Below are positions 31,864 to 44,482 of a stretch of DNA of 64,000 bases, piece after piece; the first letter of the stretch is position 1, and each line of letters opens with the position of its first letter. The stretch is from Enterobacteria phage phiC600P9. The notes under the pieces are model-generated. The model did not search any database, was not told the DNA's origin, and saw only the letters and a program-made list of their open reading frames with translations. The stretch is from the sequence record MZ681930.1. One strand, given 5' to 3'. The position numbers and the translations under genes are program-made.

Positions 31864-32261
31864 TATAAATTCTCTTTTAAATGAAAATGCAGGACTTATT
31901 GGCATTGCCTGCGCAAGCCCTCACGGGGAACATAGGTTTTTGAATATTTAACGACCAGGATAACCATAAACCCGTCATCATACCTTATAGCTCTTATCTG
32001 TTGCACACCGTTAGCTTAAAGGTTCCGGGTTCGATTTCTCGAGGATAAGATATATACTGATGGATATATAGGCCTTGAGGCGTACTCCCGATTGGCCATC
32101 ACCTCGGGGTAGCATGCACTTGCCGCTATAAGAATAACATTCAAGAGGTACACCGTAAAACTGCCGGGGTCTTAAAACTATAATGATTCGCAAATCATTA
32201 ATCAGACAGTTCGACGGCTCCTCGATTTTAGCTCACACTAAGGCAGTGAATCTCCAATAAA

Positions 32262-32510
32262 TTACTTCAGTGTTACCACAAAGTGACGAACTGCTTTTCG
32301 TGCAGCAGAAGCCAGAGGCTTAGCATATTTAAGTTCATCTTTTTCCTGGAGCTCAGCAGCTAATGCAGTTTGAGCAGGATTCAGATGTTTGAAATAACGC
32401 AGGATTTCAAGAGCTTCGGCTTCAACATCAATAGATGCGCCATAGTTTTCGTGACCATTATTCCATGCGTTTCGTTGCAGTTCAAGAGCGTGTTGTAATT
32501 GTTTAATCAT
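32262..32510 (-). CDS. rIII: rIII lysis-inhibition accessory protein
   Basis: 82-aa ORF, same length as T4 RIII, directly downstream of gene 31 as in T4. Confidence 0.8.
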   Translation of the reverse strand: MIKQLQHALELQRNAWNNGHENYGASIDVEAEALEILRYFKHLNPAQTALAAELQEKDELKYAKPLASAARKAVRHFVVTLK

Positions 32511-32657
32511 TTAAAAATTCTCGTTAGAGATTAAAACTCGGTAGTCACGTTCTTCTGAATTTCATCTTCTTTCGACAGATCTCTCAGTTGTAGACTACCA
32601 CGTAGAATTGTTCGGTTAACTTATTATTCCGACACCCAATTCATATTATTATTTATA

Positions 32658-32993
32658 TCACTTATAAAGACACGGAATAGCTTTATAGTGACAGGTAACG
32701 AATTTTTGTTTAATTTCTTTTGGCTGCTTAAGACCCAGAGCTACAAAAGGATGCGGAACGTTTCGAATTTGACCAACTGGAAGAGAAGTCAAATCACCAA
32801 CTTCGCAGAAACCTTCAGGAACATCAGGACCAACAGAGTGAACTACACACAGTTCAGGAACTTCACCTTGAACACGTTTACCGATAATGAGTCCTGATTC
32901 TGTAACTTCTTCATCACCAGCTTGCGCAGGTTCAGAAACTAAAATAACATATTCACCGACAGCACGAATTGGTAGCTGTTGTACTTCAGACAT
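32658..32993 (-). CDS. 31: gp31 co-chaperonin (GroES-like, needed for gp23 folding)
   Basis: 111-aa ORF, same length as T4 gp31. Confidence 0.9.
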
Positions 32994-33019
32994 CGTTTTT
33001 CCTTTTTGTTAACAGATGA

Positions 33020-33052
33020 ATTAATAATAACAAATAATTCTTAAAGCATTTA
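33020..33052 (-). promoter_or_regulatory. MotA-dependent middle promoter upstream of gene 31
   Basis: Minus strand reads aaaTGCTTTAagaattatttgtTATTAT, a MotA box followed at 12 nt by a TAnnnT -10. Confidence 0.55.
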
Positions 33053-33358
33053 TTTACCAATAAATTGAAGCAAATGCTCAACTTTCATACCATTAACGGA
33101 AATCAATTTGTCAATAGAAAAACCTCGCCATGCACCAAGCTCAACATCAAATACTGGAATCATATCAGTAGATTCTTTCCGAGTAGATTCAGTCAATTTA
33201 CCAGTTTGCATGGTTGGCATAAAGTCTGCATCACGAGTACCTTTCATAGTACGAATAGTACCATCAGACTTTTCAAAAACTACATTTGAAATACCCATGG
33301 ACAATTTAGTTTTCAAAATTTCACGAATTGCTACTTTTTGTTCAGTCGTCAGTTTCAT
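33050..33358 (-). CDS. Hypothetical protein (31.1-like)
   Basis: 102-aa ORF between cd and gene 31. Confidence 0.6.
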   Translation of the reverse strand: MKLTTEQKVAIREILKTKLSMGISNVVFEKSDGTIRTMKGTRDADFMPTMQTGKLTESTRKESTDMIPVFDVELGAWRGFSIDKLISVNGMKVEHLLQFIGK

Positions 33359-33595
33359 TTATTTACCTATCACAGTTTTAATATGAGTTGTTCCACGTTC
33401 TTTAAGTGTGGAAAGCAGTTTTTGGCATTTTTCTAAATCAGATTTCCAACTATATGGATTATCAATACAAACCCAGTTTGACTTATAATACTGTTTCCAT
33501 TTAGAGAAAAAATATTTCTTATACTCTACAGCAAATGAAATGTTCTCATTAGAATAAGAACTAATTGCTGTGAGTTGTACCAAACGAAATTTCAT
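33359..33595 (-). CDS. Hypothetical protein (31.2-like)
   Basis: 78-aa ORF. Confidence 0.55.
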   Translation of the reverse strand: MKFRLVQLTAISSYSNENISFAVEYKKYFFSKWKQYYKSNWVCIDNPYSWKSDLEKCQKLLSTLKERGTTHIKTVIGK

Positions 33596-34176
33596 TATTC
33601 ACCGCAGAATTCGTTGATATTTTCCCAGTTTAACTTATTCAAGTTTTTCTTAGGAACATTAAACACTTCAATACCTGCATTTCGCAGAATATCATCCCAG
33701 CCAGGTTTATTTTTATCGTATGTTTCGCAATAAACCAGCTTTTTAATACCAGATTGAGCTATCGCTTTTGCACAATCTGGGCAAGGAGAAAGTGTTACAT
33801 ACATAGTAGCACCTTCAATTGAAGAACCATTTCGTGCAGCAAACAAAATCGCATTTAGTTCAGCATGAATTTCATTTTTAGACGACCATTCAGAATGAGC
33901 GCTGCGGTGTTCTTTCGCCAAAACAAAACGATCAGTTGAACCAAACGATACGCATTCAGGCTTATGACCTTGAATGATAGTATGTTTAGGCTTATTCAGC
34001 AACCAACCTTGCTCGGCAGCATAATCACAGCAATTCACACCACCTGCCGGAGAACCGTTATATCCAGTAGAAATAATACGTCCATTCTTTTCAATTACTG
34101 CCCCTACCTTCCAGGAGCAACACTTTGATTCTTGTGATACTAAATATGCAATTTGAAGTACTGTACTCGCTTTCAT
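33595..34176 (-). CDS. cd: dCMP deaminase
   Basis: 193-aa ORF with cytidine/deoxycytidylate deaminase zinc motifs (HAELNAI, PCPDCAKAI), same length as T4 Cd. Confidence 0.92.
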   Translation of the reverse strand: MKASTVLQIAYLVSQESKCCSWKVGAVIEKNGRIISTGYNGSPAGGVNCCDYAAEQGWLLNKPKHTIIQGHKPECVSFGSTDRFVLAKEHRSAHSEWSSKNEIHAELNAILFAARNGSSIEGATMYVTLSPCPDCAKAIAQSGIKKLVYCETYDKNKPGWDDILRNAGIEVFNVPKKNLNKLNWENINEFCGE

Positions 34177-34511
34177 TTCATAATCACCAGATAAGCAGAT
34201 TTAGCAGTTTCAACACGATAAATTTCGTGACGAAGTTTAGTTATACTTTTAATAACAGAACTAATTATATTCTGCCCATCTTTAAAGCGGTTTTTCTTAT
34301 CAATAAAAATTGCACCAGCCATCTTTTTGTGAAGCTCAACTGGGTACTTCGTCACAATAATAGCATCATACACAGAAGGATGAATACTATTCACTAGAGT
34401 GTCATTCATTAAAGTTATTCTAATGAACTGTGATGTTTCAGAGTCAAGCGCTCTATGATCGCCAGTATCATTTTCAAGACAATTATCAATTATATCAGTT
34501 AAATTCATCAT
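34173..34511 (-). CDS. Hypothetical protein (cd.1-like)
   Basis: 112-aa ORF overlapping the cd start. Confidence 0.55.
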   Translation of the reverse strand: MMNLTDIIDNCLENDTGDHRALDSETSQFIRITLMNDTLVNSIHPSVYDAIIVTKYPVELHKKMAGAIFIDKKNRFKDGQNIISSVIKSITKLRHEIYRVETAKSAYLVIMK

Positions 34512-34744
34512 AGTACGCCATACACCCTTTGTGCTTCAACTAATCCATCAAAATCCAGTTTAAGATGTGTTATTTGGTCACCATCACCTGGATTCACAAT
34601 TACTAATACTGAACGAGGAGTTTCGGTAATAACACGAACCGATGTTTCTGGAAATCGTTCAGAAACCTTATTTACCAATTCCTGAGCAAATAGTTTAACT
34701 TTTTCTTGGAATTCTTTAACAGTAATTGGTTTTTCACTTAGCAT
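34508..34744 (-). CDS. Hypothetical protein (cd.2-like)
   Basis: 78-aa ORF. Confidence 0.55.
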   Translation of the reverse strand: MLSEKPITVKEFQEKVKLFAQELVNKVSERFPETSVRVITETPRSVLVIVNPGDGDQITHLKLDFDGLVEAQRVYGVL

Positions 34745-34806
34745 TTTGTTTTCCTCATTTGTTTTGGTAGAGCTATAATATCACAACTCTACCATAAAGT
34801 AAACCA

Positions 34807-35088
34807 TTAAATTGCTTTGAATTCTGATGTCTGTGATTCAAAGCGAATATCGCCTTTGATGACTAGCTCAGCATCAAGACCAAATACGACAATGATATGC
34901 GCGGAACCCGGATACAGCGTAATTGCAATAGAATCCACCTGGTCTGGAAGCAAAGTGTTCAATACATGAGTCACTTGAGCATGAATTCGAAGCTCGGCTG
35001 CGTTATCAAGCTTTTCAAACATATTATTAGCGATAATTTGACTAAACACTACTTCTACGATTTTAGAATAAGTCGGAAACATATTCAC
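34807..35088 (-). CDS. Hypothetical protein (cd.3-like)
   Basis: 93-aa ORF. Confidence 0.55.
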   Translation of the reverse strand: MNMFPTYSKIVEVVFSQIIANNMFEKLDNAAELRIHAQVTHVLNTLLPDQVDSIAITLYPGSAHIIVVFGLDAELVIKGDIRFESQTSEFKAI

Positions 35089-35277
35089 CCCACATAATTT
35101 TCTTCAAGCCAATTAATAACATCCAACGCATTATCAAAAGTTGAACCATCTACTATGTCTTCTGTTTCATAATCAAGAATATCTAAGTCTATTCTTCCAT
35201 CAACAATAGGCCATAAACAAAATAGATATTTCTTTTCTTTTTCAATTTTATCGCAAAGTTGATAAATCTTTTCTATG

Positions 35278-35285
<8 letters not shown>
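35085..35285 (-). CDS. Hypothetical protein (cd.4-like)
   Basis: 66-aa ORF. Confidence 0.5.
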
Positions 35286-36696
<1,411 letters not shown>

Positions 36697-36700
<4 letters not shown>

Positions 36701-36927
36701 TTATTTTTCTCAACCAATGATTGAATATAATCATGCAGGTCTTTAGATGCTTTACCCCACTTATTTTGATATTCATTTTTAAGATTAGCCCGAGATTGAG
36801 CTAATAAAACATCATTGGTTGGAGGTAAAGATTCTAATCGTTGAATCTGGCGTCCATAAATCATTGCAGCCATCTCAGATTCATAAATCAATCCTTTGAG
36901 ATGTTCAAATTGATGCCATGAAATCAT
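36697..36927 (-). CDS. Hypothetical small protein
   Basis: 76-aa ORF. Confidence 0.5.
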
Positions 36928-37223
36928 TTACATTTATCCTCTTTTAGCTCTTGACGATAATAACATATCATAGTTTTTTGGTCATGCACATATCGTTTTA
37001 CATCATTAAGCCAAATACGAAATTCCTGGGAGTCTTCAAATGGCATACCGACCCAAGCTTTACCATCAATAACTTTAACTTGCCAAGATAGTTTAGCTTC
37101 GTCATATGACTTTATTTGCACAGGCCAATTAGGATGAACTGTTTCTTTCTTTACTTCTAGAGGCTTTGTCGAACAACCAACTAGAAGACCAATAGATAAT
37201 ATTACTGCTGATAGTTTAATCAT
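36924..37223 (-). CDS. Outer-membrane spanin component (o-spanin, pseT.2-like lipoprotein)
   Basis: 99-aa ORF with a signal peptide and lipobox (MIKLSAVILSIGLLVGCS), directly downstream of a TM/coiled-coil ORF, the arrangement of the T4 spanin pair. Confidence 0.65.
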   Translation of the reverse strand: MIKLSAVILSIGLLVGCSTKPLEVKKETVHPNWPVQIKSYDEAKLSWQVKVIDGKAWVGMPFEDSQEFRIWLNDVKRYVHDQKTMICYYRQELKEDKCK

Positions 37224-37573
37224 TTAGAAAGTTCCTGGATGTCTTCTGCGAACTTGTTGAAGGAGTTGTTGATTTGTTTTTCAACCAATCCTGGCTTATG
37301 AGCCACCACATCCGCCTTCTTTGCATCTTTGCGCAGTTTTTCATTTTCACGCTCAATAGCAGCAATTGCCTCACGATTTTTATTATTCATCGCATCAATA
37401 TAATTATACTGAATTCGCAAATTATCTAATGCTAAAGCGTTTTCATTGGCCGTTTTTGTAATTTCAGTAACTGATGTTTCTAATCTTTCTACCTTATTTT
37501 TTAAAATAATAGATGTTCCGCCAAATGCTATTACAAGTAATAGCAATCCAGCTGTAAAATTACTTACATGCAT
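37220..37573 (-). CDS. Inner-membrane spanin component (i-spanin, pseT.3-like)
   Basis: 117-aa ORF with an N-terminal transmembrane helix (LLLLVIAFGGTSIIL) followed by a coiled-coil-like segment. Confidence 0.65.
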   Translation of the reverse strand: MHVSNFTAGLLLLVIAFGGTSIILKNKVERLETSVTEITKTANENALALDNLRIQYNYIDAMNNKNREAIAAIERENEKLRKDAKKADVVAHKPGLVEKQINNSFNKFAEDIQELSK

Positions 37574-38067
37574 AAAGTTTTAATAACCTCTACAATATCG
37601 TCTTGAGAAAGACCGTTAATTAAAATATGATGTTCAGCTGGAGATTTAGAAATTTTAAAGCATGCCTCAACATCTTCTGCCATATCTGATGCACTACGAT
37701 TTGGATTACTAATTCCAAGACGATGCTTTTCTGTCAAAGGATTAACGATGATGTAGCATTTACAGTTATTGATATGAACATTAGGTTGAGTCTGATTAAT
37801 GAACACTTCACAATCATATTTCGCAAGCTGATTTTCTAAAAAGACTTTCATCTCCTCGACTGCATCAGGAAGCATATCACGGGCTTGCTCAAGACGACGA
37901 TTTCGATATTCTTTAATGGTCGTTTTCCGCTTGACTTGCTTAGCTAAATCTTTCTTAAGATCAGTGATATATCCAACTCGACGATTTCCTTTGAATACAG
38001 AAATCCCATCTGTAGTATCACCGTATGCTTCAACGACCATTTCAGTAGTAATAAGCTGTAAATCCAT
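37564..38067 (-). CDS. alc: Alc, inhibitor of host transcription on cytosine-containing DNA
   Basis: 167 aa from the second Met, same length and position (between rnlA and pseT) as T4 Alc. Confidence 0.75.
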   Translation of the reverse strand: MDLQLITTEMVVEAYGDTTDGISVFKGNRRVGYITDLKKDLAKQVKRKTTIKEYRNRRLEQARDMLPDAVEEMKVFLENQLAKYDCEVFINQTQPNVHINNCKCYIIVNPLTEKHRLGISNPNRSASDMAEDVEACFKISKSPAEHHILINGLSQDDIVEVIKTLCM

Positions 38068-38070
38068 CAT

Positions 38071-38130
38071 AAAGTCCTCGTGTTATGTCAGTAAGACTAC
38101 TGTAACACAACACGAGGGACTTGTAAACAG
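38071..38130 (-). promoter_or_regulatory. Early promoter cassette (GTTTACA, spacer, TGtTACAGTA) within an inverted repeat
   Basis: Minus strand reads GTTTACAagtccctcgtgttgTGtTACAGTAgtcttactgacataacacGAGGActttATG; perfect inverted repeat cctcgtgtt/aacacgagg; second copy of the element at 22641-22700. Confidence 0.65.
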
Positions 38131-38131
38131 C

Positions 38132-39719
<1,588 letters not shown>

Positions 39720-39746
39720 AATAAAATGGGCCTTGCGGCCCACTCC

Positions 39747-40925
39747 TTAAAAGTATTTTTTAAAACTCATCATAACTTTATCATCAACATCATTATCAAT
39801 TTGTGCGACAAGATAAGAACTGATTTCAACTTCCTGAGGAGCTGCTTGAACTAAATCGGAGTTCAGATATTCACGAATCCAAGGATACGGATGCTTGGTC
39901 GGAGCATCAGTGATTGGGCATGGCAAACCACACTGTTTCATACGAGACACAGTCAAGTAATCAACAAAAGCACACATACTCTGCGTATTGATACCTGGAC
40001 ATGTACCGTCTTTAAAGAGGTGTGCAGCCCATTCCTTCTCTTGTCTATTTACTTCCATAAAAATGTTAACTGCTTCTTGTTCACATTCTTTAGCAATTTG
40101 AACCCACTCATCACCATCAGTACCAGATTGAAGTTGACGGATAATGTACTGAGTACCCTTGAGGTGGAGTTGTTCGTCACGAGCAATGAACTTCATAATC
40201 TTTGCATTGCCTTCCATAATTTCCATATTTTTATGGAAGTTAAAGGTACATGCAAATGATACGTAAAAACGAATAGCTTCCAAGGCGTTAATTACATGAA
40301 GGCAAAGATAAAGAGATTTCATTAGCTCACGCTTCCAATATGTCTCATGCTCAATAGCATCTTCAATAACGTCTTCGTCTGCATTAATTTCTTTTTGGTA
40401 TTCGATATCAGCTTTAGCGTTTTCCCAATAACGAGTTTTAACCAGAACATCATCGTAATATTTACCTATTGATTCAGCTCGTTTCATGATTGCTTCGTCT
40501 AATACAATCTCATCAAATACTTTGGATGGATCAGTATAAAGATTTCGCATAATATGAGTATACGAACGAGAGTGAATAGTTTCACTGAATGTCCATGTTG
40601 CAACCCATGTATCTAATGAAGGGTCAGAAATCAGTGCCATAAGTACCGCAGACGGGGCCCTGCCTTGGATAGAATCTAATAATGATTGATACTTAAGATT
40701 GTTTGTAAAGATGTCCTGTTGGAACTGAGGAAGCTTATTGAACTGCGCAGAGTCCAACATCAAGTTTACCTCTTCTGGGCGCCAAAAAAATGATAATTGC
40801 TTTTCGGTCAAATCTTCAAAAACTTTATGGCGTTGAATATCATAACGCGCAATACCAAGACCAGAACCAAAGAACATCGGTTCATTCAAAACATCGACTT
40901 GTTGTGTGTTAAAAACTGTACTCAT
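39747..40925 (-). CDS. nrdB: Ribonucleotide reductase small subunit NrdB (continuous ORF)
   Basis: 392-aa uninterrupted ORF at the nrdB position; no interruption of the kind the T4 group I intron would produce. Confidence 0.92.
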   Translation of the reverse strand: MSTVFNTQQVDVLNEPMFFGSGLGIARYDIQRHKVFEDLTEKQLSFFWRPEEVNLMLDSAQFNKLPQFQQDIFTNNLKYQSLLDSIQGRAPSAVLMALISDPSLDTWVATWTFSETIHSRSYTHIMRNLYTDPSKVFDEIVLDEAIMKRAESIGKYYDDVLVKTRYWENAKADIEYQKEINADEDVIEDAIEHETYWKRELMKSLYLCLHVINALEAIRFYVSFACTFNFHKNMEIMEGNAKIMKFIARDEQLHLKGTQYIIRQLQSGTDGDEWVQIAKECEQEAVNIFMEVNRQEKEWAAHLFKDGTCPGINTQSMCAFVDYLTVSRMKQCGLPCPITDAPTKHPYPWIREYLNSDLVQAAPQEVEISSYLVAQIDNDVDDKVMMSFKKYF

Positions 40926-40978
40926 TATATTTTCTCACTTAGTTTAACTCATCCATGAGTAAATTATAATAAAAAGTC

Positions 40979-43234
40979 TTAAAGCTTACAAGCAGAACAA
41001 TCTTCAGCTTTAGGTGTTTCTAATTCATAGTCATCTGTACCTGACCCATCACGAGTGTTATGATAGTAGAGGTTTTTTCCGCCAAAGTACCAGAAGTAAA
41101 GTAGATCGTCAAGCATTACTGACATTGGCACTTTACCTTTCTCAAATACTGCAGGGTCATAGTAAGTATTAGCAGAAGCAGATTGGCACACCCATTTCAA
41201 CATGATAGCAACTTGAGTCAAATAAGGTTTATTACCTTTCTTAGCAAGTTTCCACGCGTAGTCGTAAAGACTCATGTTATGTTCTATATTAGGAACAACC
41301 TGACGGAAGTTTCCTTCTTTAGATTCTTTAATACTTACCGGACCGCGCGGTGGCTCAATCCCGTTTGTAGAGTTTGATACTTGACTGCTTGACTCGCAAG
41401 GCATGAGTGCAGACAACGTTGAGTTACGAATTCCATGTTCTTTGAGTTCAGCTCGAAGTTCTTCCCAGTCACAGACGTAGTTCGGGGCTGCAATTTGGTC
41501 AATCTTTTTATTGTACCAGTCGATAGGTAATTCGCCTCTAGACCATTTAGTGTCTGAATAATACTCACAAGGTCCTTTTTCTTTGGAGAGTTTGATTGAA
41601 GCTTTGATAAGGCCATATTGCAATCTCTCAAACAATTCATGAGTCAAATCGTTAGCGTCTTCATATGAAGCAAAGTTAGAAGCTAACCATGCAGCATAGT
41701 TCGTAACACCAATACCCAAGTTACGACGCTTTTTAGCTTTTAAAGCTTCTGGAACCGGATAATCTTGATAGTCTAACAGGTTATCAAGTGCACGTACTTG
41801 TACTTCAGCAAGTTCATTAATTTTATCTTGGTCTTGCCAATCAAATTTATCTAATACAAAAGCAGATAATGTGCATAAACCAATTTCAGCATCAGGACCA
41901 TTCACGTCATTAGTCGGAATAGCGATTTCACAACATAAGTTACTCTGACGAATTGGAGCTTTTTCGCGAATAAACGGAGTGTAGTTATTCGTGTTATCAA
42001 CGAATTGTGGATAAATTCGAGCAGTGCCAGAACGTTCAGTCATGAACAATTCAAAGAGTTCTAGTGCTTTGATTCTTTTCTTTCTGATTGTCGGGTCTTT
42101 TTCAGCTTTCTCATAAAGCTCACGGAATTTATCTTGATCTTCAAAGAACGAGTAGTATAGTTCGCCTGACATTTCGTGAGGGCTAAATAAAGTAATATAA
42201 TCATTTTTACCAAGGCGTTCCATCATAAGGTCATTAATCTGAATTCCGTAGTCCATATGTCGAATACGGTTTTCATCCACGCCTTTGTTATTTTTCAGAA
42301 CTAATAGGTTCTCTACTTCTAAGTGCCACATCGGATAATACGCTGTAGCAGCACCACCACGAATACCACCTTGAGAACAAGATTTTACTGCAGTTTGGAA
42401 ATGTTTCCAGAATGGAATAACACCTGTATGTCGAACTTCACCCATACCGATCTTAGAACCTTCTGCACGAAGCATACCAACGTTGATACCGATACCAGCT
42501 CGTTTAGAAATATATTCAATAATTGATGCTGAAGTTTTGTTAATAGATTTTAACGAATCACCTGCTTCAATAACTACACAACTAGAGAACTGGCGAGTCG
42601 GAGTACGAGCACCTGCCATAATTGGGGTAGGCAATGAAACTTGATGAGTAGAAACGGCATCATAAAAACGAATAATATGTTTCAAACGGTCATGAGTTTC
42701 GTCTTGATGTAAGGCCATGCCAATAGCCATGATAGCAAACTGGGGAGTTTCATAAATCTTCCCGGTTGTTTTATCTTTAACTAGATATTTTTCTTTAAGC
42801 TGCATAGCACCAGCATAAGTCAGGTCAAAGTCTCGTTCATGTTTAATCTGTGAATCGAGATAAATGATTTCTTCTGCAGAATATCTAGACAACAACTCAG
42901 GGTCGTATTTGCCTTCATTAACACAATAAGAAATATGGTCGATAAAAGCAGGCGGTTCAAACTGTCCGTATACATCTTTACGGAGTGCAAACATTAGCCC
43001 TTTGGCGGCGACATACTGATAATCAGGTTCTTCGACAGAAATCGAGTTAGCTGCAACTTTAATACAAATCTTCTGGATATCTTTGGTGCTCATCCCATCG
43101 ACAAGATGGGTCTTAATTTCTTCGTACAATTCATATGGGTCAATTTGTGTTCCTTCACATTGCCAAGTTAAGACTTGAATAATTTTCTGTGCATCAAAAT
43201 TTTGGGATACACCACTGCTCTTAGTTACTTGCAT
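40979..43234 (-). CDS. nrdA: Ribonucleotide reductase large subunit NrdA
   Basis: 751-aa ORF with class I RNR catalytic motifs (NLCCEI, C-terminal CSACKL), close to the T4 NrdA length. Confidence 0.95.
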   Translation of the reverse strand: MQVTKSSGVSQNFDAQKIIQVLTWQCEGTQIDPYELYEEIKTHLVDGMSTKDIQKICIKVAANSISVEEPDYQYVAAKGLMFALRKDVYGQFEPPAFIDHISYCVNEGKYDPELLSRYSAEEIIYLDSQIKHERDFDLTYAGAMQLKEKYLVKDKTTGKIYETPQFAIMAIGMALHQDETHDRLKHIIRFYDAVSTHQVSLPTPIMAGARTPTRQFSSCVVIEAGDSLKSINKTSASIIEYISKRAGIGINVGMLRAEGSKIGMGEVRHTGVIPFWKHFQTAVKSCSQGGIRGGAATAYYPMWHLEVENLLVLKNNKGVDENRIRHMDYGIQINDLMMERLGKNDYITLFSPHEMSGELYYSFFEDQDKFRELYEKAEKDPTIRKKRIKALELFELFMTERSGTARIYPQFVDNTNNYTPFIREKAPIRQSNLCCEIAIPTNDVNGPDAEIGLCTLSAFVLDKFDWQDQDKINELAEVQVRALDNLLDYQDYPVPEALKAKKRRNLGIGVTNYAAWLASNFASYEDANDLTHELFERLQYGLIKASIKLSKEKGPCEYYSDTKWSRGELPIDWYNKKIDQIAAPNYVCDWEELRAELKEHGIRNSTLSALMPCESSSQVSNSTNGIEPPRGPVSIKESKEGNFRQVVPNIEHNMSLYDYAWKLAKKGNKPYLTQVAIMLKWVCQSASANTYYDPAVFEKGKVPMSVMLDDLLYFWYFGGKNLYYHNTRDGSGTDDYELETPKAEDCSACKL

Positions 43235-43321
43235 ATAGTCCTCAGTATAGGTTGATAGACATTACTCCAAACGGGATAGTATTTATCCCGTTAATTTATT
43301 ATACACTTTTAAACTGAAGCG

Positions 43322-43576
43322 TTAATTATCCTCAGCAATAATTTCTTCGTATTCTTTAGGTGTCAAGACTGTGATATCGAAATAAACCAATGGTTCTTTT
43401 TCTATACCGTAACCACCACAAAATTCACGATAGTCATAAATTCGTTCGTGTGAATAGCAAATAAATCGTTCACCTTTAACTGTGATTTCACTATTCGGTG
43501 AAGGGATATCCAGTTCGGTAGGATTTTTCATTTCAAAAATTGTGGTGCCATATGAATTAATAAAACGTAAAATCAT
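43322..43576 (-). CDS. Hypothetical protein (nrdA.1-like)
   Basis: 84-aa ORF between td and nrdA. Confidence 0.55.
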   Translation of the reverse strand: MILRFINSYGTTIFEMKNPTELDIPSPNSEITVKGERFICYSHERIYDYREFCGGYGIEKEPLVYFDITVLTPKEYEEIIAEDN

Positions 43577-43577
43577 T

Positions 43578-44438
43578 TTATACCGCCATTTTAGCTTTGA
43601 TAGCTGGATGTGATTCGTAATTTTTAAGAATAAAGTCTTTAGGACGAAGTTTTAATACATATTCGATTTGTTCTTCGGTTGATAGATGTCTAAATTTGTA
43701 TGGTAATCCGTTAATAACTAATTCACATAGTTCTTTAGGCTCACGACGTAAAATTTCTTTGCATTGTTCTACATGATTGCTGTAGATATGCGTGTTGCCG
43801 CCTGAGAACACTAAATCACCTGGGATAAGGTTACACATCTTCGCTACAATATGCGTCAAGGCAGCGTACGAGGCAATGTTGAACGGCAGGCCCAAGAAAA
43901 CATCTACACTGCGTTGATACCATTGTAAATCAAGATGACCATTACGCACATTGAACTGGTAGAACATATGGCAAGGAGGAAGTGCCATTTGATTTATTTC
44001 AGCTGGATTCCAGGCAGAAACAATTTGACGACGATCAGTTGGTAATTTTTTAATACGGTCGATTGTTTCAACTAATTGGTCTACACCGCCGAAATCACGC
44101 CATTGTTTACCATATATAGGACCAAGTTCACCGCTATGGTACCCAAGGTCTTTTGCCTGATTTTCGTAATTATCGTCCCAAATAGTTTTACCTTCAATTA
44201 GACTACCATGGGTACGAAGACGTAATTCGTTAACATTAGTAGAACCGGACATGAACCACAGTAGTTCGGCAATACAAGCTTTCCATGCAAGCTTCTTGGT
44301 TGTTACTGCAGGAAATCCTTTAGTAAGGTCCCATCGCAATTTAGTTCCGAACAGGGCAATAGTGCCGGTACCTGTACGGTCGTCTGTTTCGTAGCCATTT
44401 TCTAAGATATCTTTAATTAGGTATTGGTATTGTTTCAT
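43578..44438 (-). CDS. td: Thymidylate synthase (continuous ORF)
   Basis: 286-aa uninterrupted ORF with the TS active-site region (LPPCH); same length as T4 TS but clearly diverged in sequence from what I recall of T4. Confidence 0.93.
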   Translation of the reverse strand: MKQYQYLIKDILENGYETDDRTGTGTIALFGTKLRWDLTKGFPAVTTKKLAWKACIAELLWFMSGSTNVNELRLRTHGSLIEGKTIWDDNYENQAKDLGYHSGELGPIYGKQWRDFGGVDQLVETIDRIKKLPTDRRQIVSAWNPAEINQMALPPCHMFYQFNVRNGHLDLQWYQRSVDVFLGLPFNIASYAALTHIVAKMCNLIPGDLVFSGGNTHIYSNHVEQCKEILRREPKELCELVINGLPYKFRHLSTEEQIEYVLKLRPKDFILKNYESHPAIKAKMAV

Positions 44439-44482
44439 TTAGTACCTTATATAAATTATAATACATTTTATGAAGCTAATAA

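Noticed and set aside
32020-32045. tRNA-like T-arm motif (ggttccgggttcgatttctcgagg) in the GC-rich non-coding interval
   Set aside because: The GGTTCGAtt loop is reminiscent of a T-loop, but the flanking bases do not form a 5-bp T-stem and I could not build acceptor, D or anticodon arms on either strand.
32011-32193. 60-aa ORF on the minus strand inside the GC-rich interval
   Set aside because: Arg-rich, atypical composition (MRIIIVLRPRQFYG...), no SD, and embedded in a likely structured region; probably spurious.
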